A DNA stretch of 64,000 nt from Terriglobia bacterium (GTDB taxonomy: Bacteria > Acidobacteriota > Terriglobia > 2-12-FULL-54-10), in NCBI GenBank assembly GCA_963666975.2, contig CAXVYR010000003.1:640001-704000 (forward strand), read 5' to 3'. Positions 38,947-48,272 of this stretch are shown piece by piece. The position numbers were made by a program, and so were the translations under genes. Under the pieces are notes generated by a model, which had not been told where the DNA came from, did no database searches, and worked only from the letters and a program-made list of their open reading frames with translations. Each line of letters starts with the position of its first letter. Within the stretch, counting starts at the first letter, position 1.

Positions 38947-39193
38947 CTAATGACCGTCTGATTGAATGTACAAAAGCCATCTACCTGGGATGGCGAAAAA
39001 AGGAAGCCGGAGTTGCTGATTTGGGGGATACCAACTCAGAGGCTTCGGCTTTCTTGTTTCCCGAAAACCCCGGCTGTTTATGAGCTGCCCGTCCGGAGGC
39101 AACTCTGAGCTTGACCCTCCAGGGAAGCAAGGGTATGTTTTTGACTAAGGCGGGAATTCAAACCGGAAAATCCGGGCAAGAGGAGGGGTCACA

Positions 39194-39508
39194 ATGAAAA
39201 TTTCCATTGTTATGGCGGCGGTTGTATTTACGTGCGCGCTGGGTTTCGGACTTCGCGCCCAAGCTCAGCAGGACGCGCCGAGGGAGCACAGCATGACCGG
39301 GTGCCTGCAGAAGGGCACCGACGGCAATCCGTTCAGGCTTACGGACCTCGAGAGAGGACCTAGCCCGGTGGATATCGCGGAGACGACAGCTAACATGAAT
39401 CCCCACGTCGGCCACAAGGTCACGATCACCGGCACGGCCGTCCCCGACAAGGAGACTCACACGATGAAGGTGACGGCGATGCAGCACGTCTCAGCAACGT
39501 GCCCATAG
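39194..39508 (+). CDS. Small secreted protein with a probable disulfide (OB-fold-like)
   Basis: AGGAGG RBS, signal peptide, TGCLQKG...HVGHKVTITG...SATCP. Confidence 0.8.
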   Translation: MKISIVMAAVVFTCALGFGLRAQAQQDAPREHSMTGCLQKGTDGNPFRLTDLERGPSPVDIAETTANMNPHVGHKVTITGTAVPDKETHTMKVTAMQHVSATCP

Positions 39509-40132
39509 GCTTGACTGTCGGGAGTCTTTTGTTCCTCTGTCTACATGTGCGTGAAGTCTCAAGAAAAGACTCCCGTTCGGTGATTCCGGTCTCCAGATCG
39601 AGCCTAGCAACCTGCTCAACCCTTCCCCATGTGTCGCCAGAAATACCCAGGGTTTCACCAATGGCATCTTCTGAACGGGTAGCGGTCTGCCGCGGCGTTG
39701 GTGCATGAATCGCCTTGACCCTTCCGGCGCTTCGAGCCGGCTTCGGTGAAGCGTGAGAGGTCGCGGCTGACAAACTAACTATATCTCACATAATCATAGT
39801 CTTACTAGAAAACTGCTATCCGCCGACCCCTTTTCGGTTAGCGGGCCACAGGCATGGTCTGGGCGTGTTTCGAGGTGCGATTGACTATTCATGCACCAAA
39901 GCTGCGACGAGGGGGAAAAGAACGTCAGTAGTCGGATGTCTGTCGGAACGCTGGCGCTCCACACCGGATTGTGGCCTTCGCCGGTGATCCCGCCGCCCAC
40001 TTCATCAGCGCCACGAACAGAGCGCAAGCCCATTAATATGACAACTTCCAAGGGGAAAAGATTGAAGGCCATCGGAGTTGCTCATGTGCTAACGGCCGAG
40101 GGGGAAGAAAACATCTCTGTAAGGAGGGCCCA

Positions 40133-41818
40133 ATGAATCTCGTGATTAAAGCAGTCGCCTGGTTGATGCTGGCAACCCATATGCTCTTCGCCCAGCAAAC
40201 GATCTCCACCGTGCCGGACATTGTTTTCTACAACGGAAAAATTATTGCGGTGGATGCAGCCTTTACCATTGCCGAGGCCTTTGCCATCAGAGACGACCGG
40301 ATTGTGGCGGTCGGCAGCAACCCCCAAGTGAGAGCGCTGGCAGGCCCGCGAACGCGTTTGGTGGACTTGCGGGAACACGCGGTCATCCCGGGGCTGATGG
40401 ACAATCACAATCATCAATACCACCACGGCCTGATGACGATGCGCGGCATCGATGTGCAGAAAGTCCCCTCCCTGGCTGAGATGCTCAACCGGATTCGGCA
40501 AGCGGCGGCCGCCGCACCGCCCGGCCAGACGGTCCACACCACCACGGGCTGGAATCCGAACGAGTTTCCGGAAAAACGCTCCCCAACCCGGCAGGAACTG
40601 GACGAGGCCGCGCCGGACAATCCGGTTGTGGTTTACCGCAGCCGCAGCTTGGCCATTGTGAATAGCGCCGCGCTGGAGGCGCTCGGCATCACCCGCGATA
40701 CGGATGCCGTCGGAGTCACCGTAATCGAAAAAGACTCTTCCGGCGAGCCGAGCGGCGTAATCCGCGGGTCTCCGGCCTCCGTGCTCAACCTGACTGCCAA
40801 CATTGTTCCTCCGCCCACCCATGAAGAAAAAAAAGAACTGATTCGCAAAGGCCAGCAACAGCAGCATACTGTCGGCTTGACTGGAATTCGTGAATTGCAG
40901 CTCCATCCCGACGTCATGCGGGCCTACTATGATTTGTGGCGGGAGGGCAGGCTCACCATGCGCGTCAGCATGGGATTGGAGCTGAACGCCGGCGAGGAAG
41001 ACCGCCTGGAGGAGATGCTCGCACCCTGGGGTGTGGGCGCCGGATTCGGCGATCACTGGCTCCGCCTGGATTGCATCGCGGAATATAACCCGGGCACTTT
41101 GCTGCGCGAGCCGTTCGCCGAGCCGGGCGGAAACTTCTACGGCGAATCACGTATACCGGAAGAAACCTTCCGCCAAACGATCCTGCGGATCAACCGCCTG
41201 GGCTGGCGGCCCTCTATCCATGCGGTTGGGGACAAGACGCTGGACTGGGTGCTCGATGCTTACGAAGCCGCCGACCGCGAAAATTCGATTCGCGACAAGC
41301 GCTGGATTGTGGAACATATCCCGCTGGTGCATCCGGACCAGATGGAGCGCATGCAGCGCCTGGGAGTGATGGTGTCCGCCCAGATACAGCCTTACACGGG
41401 AGCCAAAGGCATGATTCGCAGTTATGGCAAACAACGAGCCGAACGGGCCGTGCCCATGCGCGAATTGCTGGACCACGGCTTGATTGTCTCCGGCGGAACT
41501 GACTGGCCAGGCCGCACCAACAACCCCTTCTTAAACATCTATTTCTACGTCACCCGAAACACCGTGGATTCGGGGGTCCTTGGAGCGGCACAGAAAATCA
41601 GCCGCCAGGAGGCGCTCCGCGTGGAGTCCCTCAATAACGCCTACCTCACATATGAAGAAAAGATTAAAGGTTCGATCGAGCCCGGCAAACTGGCGGATTT
41701 CTTGATCCTTTCCCACGACATCCTAACGGTTCCCGAGGAACAGATTCGCTCGATCCTCCCTCTCGCCACCTACGTGGGCGGACGGAAGGTCTATTCCAAC
41801 CCTGAGGGCGGTTTCTGA
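40133..41818 (+). CDS. Exported amidohydrolase (YtcJ/amidohydrolase_3)
   Basis: Signal peptide; PGLMDNHNH, HAVGD, VEH, GGTDWP, GSIEPGKLADF. Confidence 0.92.
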   Translation: MNLVIKAVAWLMLATHMLFAQQTISTVPDIVFYNGKIIAVDAAFTIAEAFAIRDDRIVAVGSNPQVRALAGPRTRLVDLREHAVIPGLMDNHNHQYHHGLMTMRGIDVQKVPSLAEMLNRIRQAAAAAPPGQTVHTTTGWNPNEFPEKRSPTRQELDEAAPDNPVVVYRSRSLAIVNSAALEALGITRDTDAVGVTVIEKDSSGEPSGVIRGSPASVLNLTANIVPPPTHEEKKELIRKGQQQQHTVGLTGIRELQLHPDVMRAYYDLWREGRLTMRVSMGLELNAGEEDRLEEMLAPWGVGAGFGDHWLRLDCIAEYNPGTLLREPFAEPGGNFYGESRIPEETFRQTILRINRLGWRPSIHAVGDKTLDWVLDAYEAADRENSIRDKRWIVEHIPLVHPDQMERMQRLGVMVSAQIQPYTGAKGMIRSYGKQRAERAVPMRELLDHGLIVSGGTDWPGRTNNPFLNIYFYVTRNTVDSGVLGAAQKISRQEALRVESLNNAYLTYEEKIKGSIEPGKLADFLILSHDILTVPEEQIRSILPLATYVGGRKVYSNPEGGF

Positions 41819-41859
41819 CACTTACGGTATGAACATCAGCATACGCCACGGAACGATGG

Positions 41860-42211
41860 CCGACGCCCAGGCCATCTGCCGCGCCGAGAGTCTGGGAAAG
41901 GCGCAGCGCGCCTTCCAGAAATTCCAGGTTCACTGGCGGGAATCGTATCCCGCGATGGTGCGGCGGTTAGAAAACGACTTGTCCGGGCTGCTCAAGTTTC
42001 TTCCACCTCCCCCGACATCTGTGGTGGAAGCTGCGCACTACCCACGTCATCGGGCGCTGTTGCGTGAAGGTTCGGCGCCGCACCCGACCCATGGTTTGCT
42101 TTGTCAATGTTCAGAGCGTGGATCGAATCGTGTTCTCGATCTTTAACCGGATGAACCTACAATGGAAAAACCGCACCCTCCGACTTTTTACACAGGCAGC
42201 TTGACATCACC
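41860..42211 (+). mobile_element. 3' relic of a different IS256-family element
   Basis: YPAMVRRLENDL, frameshifted to LRTTHVI...VRRRTRPM...LFTQAA*; right end TTTTACACAGGCAGCTTGACATCACC. Confidence 0.7.
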
Positions 42212-42326
42212 ATCCTCGGCGAGCACTTGAGTCGACTGGGCGGCTGGCGTAGAATCTTGAACCACGAGGGGGTTGAATTCGGAAATCCCCCGTTCGCACT
42301 AAGACGACTGCAAAGGAGATGCTCTT

Positions 42327-43949
42327 ATGAACGAAGGAAGAATCAAGCTGTTCCGCGCGAGAGGTTCGAATTCGATGGCACTCTTGGCGGTAGTCTTTTT
42401 TTCTCTGCTGTCTCTTGTGCCTGGCTGTAGCAGCAGCCATATCCAACCTTTCCACCTGCTGGAGGCGACCATAGAGGATGTTCATAACGCCTACGAATCG
42501 GGAGATCTCACGTCTCGCCAACTGGTCCAACTCTATCTGGACCGCATCGAGGCATATGACAAAAACGGGCCGAACATTAATTCAATCATCACTCTAAACC
42601 CCCAGGCCCTCGAAGAGGCCGACCGACTGGATGCCGCATTCAACGCCTCCGGTTTTGTTGGCCCACTTCACGGCATTCCAGTGATTGTCAAAGATCAGGC
42701 TGATGCCAAAGGTATGCCGACAACCTTGGGCTCGGTGCTCCTGAAGGATTACTTCCCGGAAAAAGACTCCTTTGCAGTGGCGAAGTTACGGGAAGCGGGC
42801 GCGATCATTCTCGGAAAGTCCACCCTGGGTGAATGGGGAGGGGGAGATACGTATGGTTCCCTCTTCGGGGTTACGCGAAACCCTTATGCATTGGATAGAA
42901 CGGTAGGCGGTTCTTCCGGCGGCACCGGAGGAAGCATTTCCGCAAACTTTGCCACCGTGGGAGTGGGGCAGGAGGGTTTTGCGTCGATTCGCAGGCCATC
43001 CACCTGGAATTCTCTGGTGGGTATGAGGCCGACGGGTGGTCTGATCAGTCGAAGCGGGGTGTATGCCGGATGGCCATCCATCAACGGCTCCCTGGGACCG
43101 ATGACGCGCACGGTAAAAGACCTAGCCACGCTTTTGGACGCCTTAGTGGGCTATGATCCGGAAGACCCTCTTACCGCGCAAGGCGTGGGCAACATACCCG
43201 ATAGCTACACAGATTTCCTCGACAACAACGGGTTGCAGGGAGCCCGCCTGGGGGTAATTCGTGAGTCTATTGCGAGCAATTCGGAGCCTGAGTCAGAAGA
43301 CTTCTCAAAAGTCAGTGAGGTTTTCGACCAGGCAGTTGCACAATTGAAAGCCGCGGGAGCGAAAGTTGTGGACCCGATCGTTATTCCCGACATCAACGAG
43401 CTACTCGCGAAAAGAGCCGGCGGTCCTGATGGGGACCAATCCTTCCAGGTGTACTTCAGCAGGAACCCCAATGCGCCGTTCAAATCTCGCCAGGAAGTCG
43501 TCCAATCGCCTGATTTCGCCAAGGTATTTCGATTTGCACAGCAAATGTTGAGAGGTCCCTCAGGAGGATCACCCGACGAATCCAGACATTACCAATATCT
43601 GCTAGCCAGAGAGCAGTTGATGACAAACCTCCTGAAGGTTATGGCGGACAATAGACTGGATGCGATCGTGCACAAGTCTGTCGAGCACCAACCGACCCTG
43701 ATCCGCGACGGGATGAATCCTCCTTACGTCAACACGAAAGGAGTCCCGCATTTGAACACCTTTTTAGTATTCGTTCCCACGATCACCGTCCCTGCCGGAT
43801 TTACAAGGGACCAGCTCCCCGTTGGGATTAGCTTTCTGGGAAGGCCGTTTAGCGAAGGGGCTTTGATCAAACTGGCCTACTCGTATGAACAGGCGACCCT
43901 CCATCGGAAACCACCGAGCAGCACGCCTGCTCTTCCAGGCAAACCCTGA
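42327..43949 (+). CDS. Exported amidase-signature family enzyme
   Basis: PLHGIPVIVKD, GGSSGG, ASIRRPS (Lys-cisSer-Ser triad); N-terminal hydrophobic signal with Cys. Confidence 0.92.
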   Translation: MNEGRIKLFRARGSNSMALLAVVFFSLLSLVPGCSSSHIQPFHLLEATIEDVHNAYESGDLTSRQLVQLYLDRIEAYDKNGPNINSIITLNPQALEEADRLDAAFNASGFVGPLHGIPVIVKDQADAKGMPTTLGSVLLKDYFPEKDSFAVAKLREAGAIILGKSTLGEWGGGDTYGSLFGVTRNPYALDRTVGGSSGGTGGSISANFATVGVGQEGFASIRRPSTWNSLVGMRPTGGLISRSGVYAGWPSINGSLGPMTRTVKDLATLLDALVGYDPEDPLTAQGVGNIPDSYTDFLDNNGLQGARLGVIRESIASNSEPESEDFSKVSEVFDQAVAQLKAAGAKVVDPIVIPDINELLAKRAGGPDGDQSFQVYFSRNPNAPFKSRQEVVQSPDFAKVFRFAQQMLRGPSGGSPDESRHYQYLLAREQLMTNLLKVMADNRLDAIVHKSVEHQPTLIRDGMNPPYVNTKGVPHLNTFLVFVPTITVPAGFTRDQLPVGISFLGRPFSEGALIKLAYSYEQATLHRKPPSSTPALPGKP

Positions 43950-44084
43950 GAGGAATGATGAAGAATTAACAAGCGACCCTCATTAGGGACTATTTCGTGT
44001 ACTCTTCTCCCGTCGCCAATACGACGTTGCACCCGACGGGTAGCGCTTCAGAATGCTCAGGACAAATCGACCTGTTTCTGGAAT

Positions 44085-44185
44085 CTCTTCAGCCGCTCCC
44101 TTCCGAGGAGATTGAGATATATCCTGTTTCCCGAAAGGTCAACTCCCCGCGATACGACTTGCCTGAGCTAATCGAGAAACGCTAG
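44085..44185 (+). pseudogene. C-terminal relic of an SOS response-associated peptidase (SRAP)
   Basis: LQPLPSEEIEIYPVSRKVNSPRYDLPELIE matches the SRAP tail pattern. Confidence 0.55.
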
Positions 44186-44337
44186 AACCGGTCTCAAAAA
44201 TGGCCATTTTCTGTTAACCGTCAGGGCACGGCTTCAGCCGTGCCGTAAAAAGCCTTGAAAAACAGGGGCTTCAGCCCCTGAGGTAACTTTCGTTTTTGCC
44301 AATTGCGTCATTCCGCGCATTTTTGAGACCAGTTCTA
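44183..44337. mobile_element. MITE-like element carrying two REP-like hairpins
   Basis: 20-bp TIR TAGAAC(C/T)GGTCTCAAAAATG (19/20); internal GGCACGGC-TTCA-GCCGTGCC and CAGGGGC-TTCA-GCCCCTG. Confidence 0.78.
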
Positions 44338-44584
44338 AGGCACGAGGCTTCGCCACAGCCTGCCAGCGGTGGGATTGTGCATGGGTAAATGCCCCGGCCA
44401 GAAAGCGGCCTTACACCGTGCAAGCCCGTTGCTGGCATAGCCCCATGTTTCTTTTTTCATCCCGGACAATATCTCCCCAGCGCTTCTCGCGACCCTTAAT
44501 TTGATTACTGCACACTATTTCTACATCTCAAATCGTAAGTCCGGGATATACTCTACATACGAAAAATAGAGAGGCTAAGCATCT

Positions 44585-44893
44585 GTGGAAAAGCGCAAAC
44601 ATGCGCGTGCTTTTTTAGGCGTACCGGTAATATGCCAGTCGGGCCAGACGAAGGTCGAAGGCATGGCCGAGAATGTGAGTGTTGGAGGCCTTTACTTAGT
44701 CCGGGCGGCGAAGACATTCCCGGTAAATGCGGAGATTATCGCGGAATTCGCAATCCGCGGTTCTAAACAAGCTCTCGCAGCACGAGTGGTTCACGAGGTG
44801 CCAGGTCTGTTTATGGGTGTGGAATTTCTGAATGTTCCGCCGAATTCGAAGGAACTGATTGAGCTGCACGTCGCCACACAATCTGTCCCCTGA
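44585..44893 (+). CDS. PilZ domain protein
   Basis: EKRKHAR (RxxxR), NVSVGG, MGVEF. Confidence 0.85.
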   Translation: MEKRKHARAFLGVPVICQSGQTKVEGMAENVSVGGLYLVRAAKTFPVNAEIIAEFAIRGSKQALAARVVHEVPGLFMGVEFLNVPPNSKELIELHVATQSVP

Positions 44894-45394
44894 GAAAGAT
44901 TTGTTCTTGTCTAAATGATGGCAACTTTCCACCATTTTTCTTTGGCCTTCCCGGTGGTGTTGCTACCTTCGGCTCCAGCTAAAGCTCCTACAGATTAGCC
45001 GCCCTGTGTCGGCTACCCCTAATGAAAGTGAATCTAATTGGTGGAGGGTAAATGAGAACTTGAGTCGTGTATCATTTCAGTTACCGGCATTCCTCTACAG
45101 GAAATTCTAAATCCGCCTTGAGAATCAGGGGATACTGGCTAATAACCGCCAAGAAAAAAGGGCAACAGCAGGCGTTGCGCTTATAATCACGGGACCAAAC
45201 GGGGTGGCAGCTTTTTATGCCGTTGTCAGCACACAACTTGTCGTGACCCCACAGATGCTGTTCACAGTCTGCGCCGTCGCCACAATCTCTGGAAACCCCA
45301 CTTCCCTTTAGGCAAAAAGTGTTTCCCATTATCAATAAGTTGTGATAGTTTTCACCCTGCCTGCCAATGGCAAACTGTGCCTGGATGCTCAAAG

Positions 45395-45820
45395 ATGGCA
45401 AATATTCTCCTTGTCGGTAACGACCCTGCCGAGCGCGAAGTCCTTGGTTTAGTGATTGAGTTTGGAGGACATCGCTGCCGGGTGGCGGTTTCTTTGCAGG
45501 AGGCTGTAAAGCTTCTGAAAGGGGAAACCTTTGATCTGGTGGTCACCGACATCAAGCAGGACCGGAGAAGCTCAAAGCAAATCGCAAAGGGATTGAAGGC
45601 TGCTTCTGCGAAAGCGGCTGTGATGATCCTTACTGAAAGTGGCGACACGGATGCAAAAGAAGCGGATGCAATTGTGGCGATCCCCTGCTCGCCGGTGAAC
45701 TTGCTGCAGCGCATTGAGAGCGCGCTGCGAAAGGCCGCTGACCCGGCGAACAAAAAGCCCAGCCAACGGGAGAAGAGGCCCTCTGCGGAATCCCCATGGC
45801 GACGAGCCGCAAAAGCATAG
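45395..45820 (+). CDS. Atypical stand-alone receiver domain protein
   Basis: ILLVGND, FDLVVTD, MILT; conserved Lys of KP replaced (AIP). Confidence 0.8.
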   Translation: MANILLVGNDPAEREVLGLVIEFGGHRCRVAVSLQEAVKLLKGETFDLVVTDIKQDRRSSKQIAKGLKAASAKAAVMILTESGDTDAKEADAIVAIPCSPVNLLQRIESALRKAADPANKKPSQREKRPSAESPWRRAAKA

Positions 45821-46017
45821 CTCCCCGTTATCTTTCCGCATAACCCCCTGTGCCCCCAAGAACAGGGTGCATCGTTAGTTTCGGTCATAGTTTCTGCCAT
45901 CGTTCGGTTTCAGACGCAAGGAACCGAGGAGCCATTCGATCACCGGGAACCGGCTTGTTGAAAATGGCAGGAACGCTGGCGCAGGTTTTTCCTCTGCGGC
46001 GGATTGAATTCAAAAAA

Positions 46018-46386
46018 ATGATGCAGCAATCGCATGGCGAAATTGACCAAAGGCGGTTCCACCGCTATGGTGTAAATTTCCCCTGCACGGTCAGGCCGGT
46101 GCGCAAGCGCAAAGGCTCCAAACCCCATGTGTTAACTGCAACGGCAATCGAAGCCGAGACAAAAGACGTGAGTACCGGGGGCTTCTACTTTGAGGTATCC
46201 GCCGACTGGAAGGTTGGAACGGAAATTGAGTGCACGATTCGTCTGCCGGTCAAGGCCTTCGGGGGACAGCCCGTAGCGATTCGCTGCCGCGGCAAGATCG
46301 CACGCGTTACAAAAAAAGACCCTGGAAGCATCGGCGTGGGGGCAACGATCGAACAGTTCGAGTTCCAGCATCTGGAAAAGAAGTGA
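46018..46386 (+). CDS. PilZ domain protein
   Basis: DQRRFHRY, DVSTGG, IRCRGKIARV. Confidence 0.85.
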   Translation: MMQQSHGEIDQRRFHRYGVNFPCTVRPVRKRKGSKPHVLTATAIEAETKDVSTGGFYFEVSADWKVGTEIECTIRLPVKAFGGQPVAIRCRGKIARVTKKDPGSIGVGATIEQFEFQHLEKK

Positions 46387-46442
46387 CGGCAGCCGGCCCC
46401 GCCGATTCCCTCTTCCAAACATCCGAACATCAATCGGACCTG

Positions 46443-46564
46443 AGAGGTTGTTGGAAAACTGGTGTATGGGTCCGCTTGCTAACCCCTCGGTTTCGCTCCC
46501 TTCGACTTCGCTCAGGACAGGCGGGACAGGCGCGCGCGGCTCGGATGGTTTTCACACAGGCTCT
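46443..46564. repeat. Composite repeat: imperfect TIR pair enclosing a REP hairpin interrupted by two nested 24-nt elements
   Basis: TIR 13/17; CCGCTTGCTAAC[CCCTCGGTTTCGCTC{CCTTCGACTTCGCTCAGGACAGGC}GGGACAGGC]GCGCGCGGCTCGG. Confidence 0.75.
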
Positions 46565-46707
46565 GGAGCCGTCCGGCACAGAACGTCCCTCCCAAAATAC
46601 GCTGCCGCAGAGATTCCTCGTCTCTAAATCTGCTATGATTAGCGAACATTATTTCTTAAAATCGTTTCTTGAAAATTGTTTTTTGAAAAAGGAATCTTGG
46701 AAAAAAT

Positions 46708-47346
46708 ATGCGAGTTGCCGCAACAGAAACGTCAACATCCAGGACTTCGATCAATTCACTCTCGCCCATCAACTGTCTTTTAGGATTTACGGTTCTTTTG
46801 AGCGCCCTATGGATTCTGCCGGCCGCCCTGCTTGCTCAGGCATCCAACGGGCAAGGCACGCGGGTAGCATTAGGCTCCGTTTCCGGCGTTGCTAAAAGCC
46901 AGGTGATGGTCCCGCTGTACCTGACCCCTGATCCTCCGGATATCAAGGTGGGCAGCATATCAGCCGCTATTGGGTTTGAAACCAAAGCGGTGACTTTTCT
47001 AAAAGCGGAAGAAGGGTTCTTGCTCGATGGCGTCAACGCCGGCTTTGAGGCCGATCTTCAGCAGAATGCCGATGATCCCAACAAATCTATTCTGCTTTTG
47101 GAGGTTGCCACCGAAGGGGACGAGCGCAAGGCTTTGCGGGAAGGCCTGATCCTTTCGCTGATCTTTCGCGTAAATGATGACGCCCCGGAAGGAACGGTGG
47201 TCTCACTGGCTTTTGAGCAACTCGGAGCCAAGAACATCGAGGCTCCGCCCTCCGCGATTGAACCGCTATCCAGCCAAGATGGGACCATCGAGGTGATCCT
47301 GGAAGATGCGCTCCCCTATGTGGGTTGTTTTTTCTTTACGCATTAA
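46708..47346 (+). CDS. Exported cohesin-like beta-sandwich protein ending in CFFFTH
   Basis: Signal-like hydrophobic N-region, V-x-VP-L-x-L, alternating beta pattern, G..LxLxFRV, C-terminal GTI; fold call by eye only. Confidence 0.65.
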   Translation: MRVAATETSTSRTSINSLSPINCLLGFTVLLSALWILPAALLAQASNGQGTRVALGSVSGVAKSQVMVPLYLTPDPPDIKVGSISAAIGFETKAVTFLKAEEGFLLDGVNAGFEADLQQNADDPNKSILLLEVATEGDERKALREGLILSLIFRVNDDAPEGTVVSLAFEQLGAKNIEAPPSAIEPLSSQDGTIEVILEDALPYVGCFFFTH

Positions 47347-47355
47347 TTGCTCCGG

Positions 47356-47846
47356 CTAAGGACCTTCTGCCCGTGCCTGCAACGCAGTCAGCGACTCGGC
47401 TGCTTCTCGAACCACCTGCTCTGCATCGAGTGCTACAAGCTGTCCGTTACGCTTAAGAATGCGGCCGTCGATTACCACCGTATCTACGTTGGCCGGTTGC
47501 GCGGACTGCACCAGGATATTCACGGGTTGCTGTAGGGCGCCGTGTTCAGGTCCGTGGTGCGTACAAGGATTAGGTCAGCACGTGGGCATTGCGCACCACG
47601 AACTCGCCCCGCGCGGGCAGTGGGCCTGGGGAATGTTCCTCTGCGAGGCGGTAAGATGTGCAACCTGCCAGGCTTGCAGTGCCTAGAGCTGCTACCGGGC
47701 CCAAAAACGCGCGCCGGTGGAATTTGTTCTGGCTGCTGATCGCCGCCTCCTATCCCTATGCTTGCGCAAGAAACGCCTGAGACGCTGCTAAAAGCGCGGA
47801 CCCAGCCGGGCCGGCATTCCGTTCGTATACTCATCGTTTCTGCCAA
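47356..47846 (-). pseudogene. Internally deleted amidohydrolase (MtaD/SsnA-like)
   Basis: N-terminal LPARGEFVVRNAHVLT joined to C-terminal RADLILVRTTDLN...SAQPANVDTVVIDGRILKRNG; additional frameshift. Confidence 0.72.
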
Positions 47847-47867
47847 CTAATTCTGCCAACTAATTCT
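47838..47867. repeat. 13-bp tandem duplication TTCTGCCAACTAA
   Basis: Two full copies plus TTCT, at the border of two pseudogenes. Confidence 0.8.
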
Positions 47868-48144
47868 CCGGGACATAATTCGCCCCTGGGCTCATAATCA
47901 TCCGGGAACTGATACCCCGCCGGTTCCCTTTGATCGCCATGGCTTCAAAGATCGATCCCGGCCTCCCGTTGCACCTGGCGTCATCCACGCTGACGAGGTT
48001 CCCGTTCACGACAATCATGTCGGCGTAGCCGTGCTTGGCCACCTCCAGCGGAAGCGCGCTCTGCGCCTCACTCTGAATGGGCATCAGCGGAAAAATCCAC
48101 AAAGACACGAATACTGCAATGGCCAATATCCAGGTTTTTTGCAT
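47860..48144 (-). pseudogene. Internally deleted paralogue of the 48273-50195 amidohydrolase
   Basis: AQSALPLEVAKHGYADMIVVNG...IKGN matches the paralogue N-terminus; a shifted frame then reads EPAGYQFPDDY, matching its C-terminus EPVGYQFPDGY. Confidence 0.82.
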
Positions 48145-48272
48145 GAGCTTTTCTCCTGAAACTGGTTGTTCGATGAACAAAGAGTGGTGCTGGGAAAGGA
48201 ACCGGGCCCCTTGCCGGGAGCGGTTGAAAGCAAACCATTACAAGGCAGCAGGCAGCAAAACCGCCCTGCCGA

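Noticed and set aside
39500-40130. Short ORFs between the secreted protein and the amidohydrolase
   Set aside because: No RBS or motif support that I can recognise; possibly decayed fragments.
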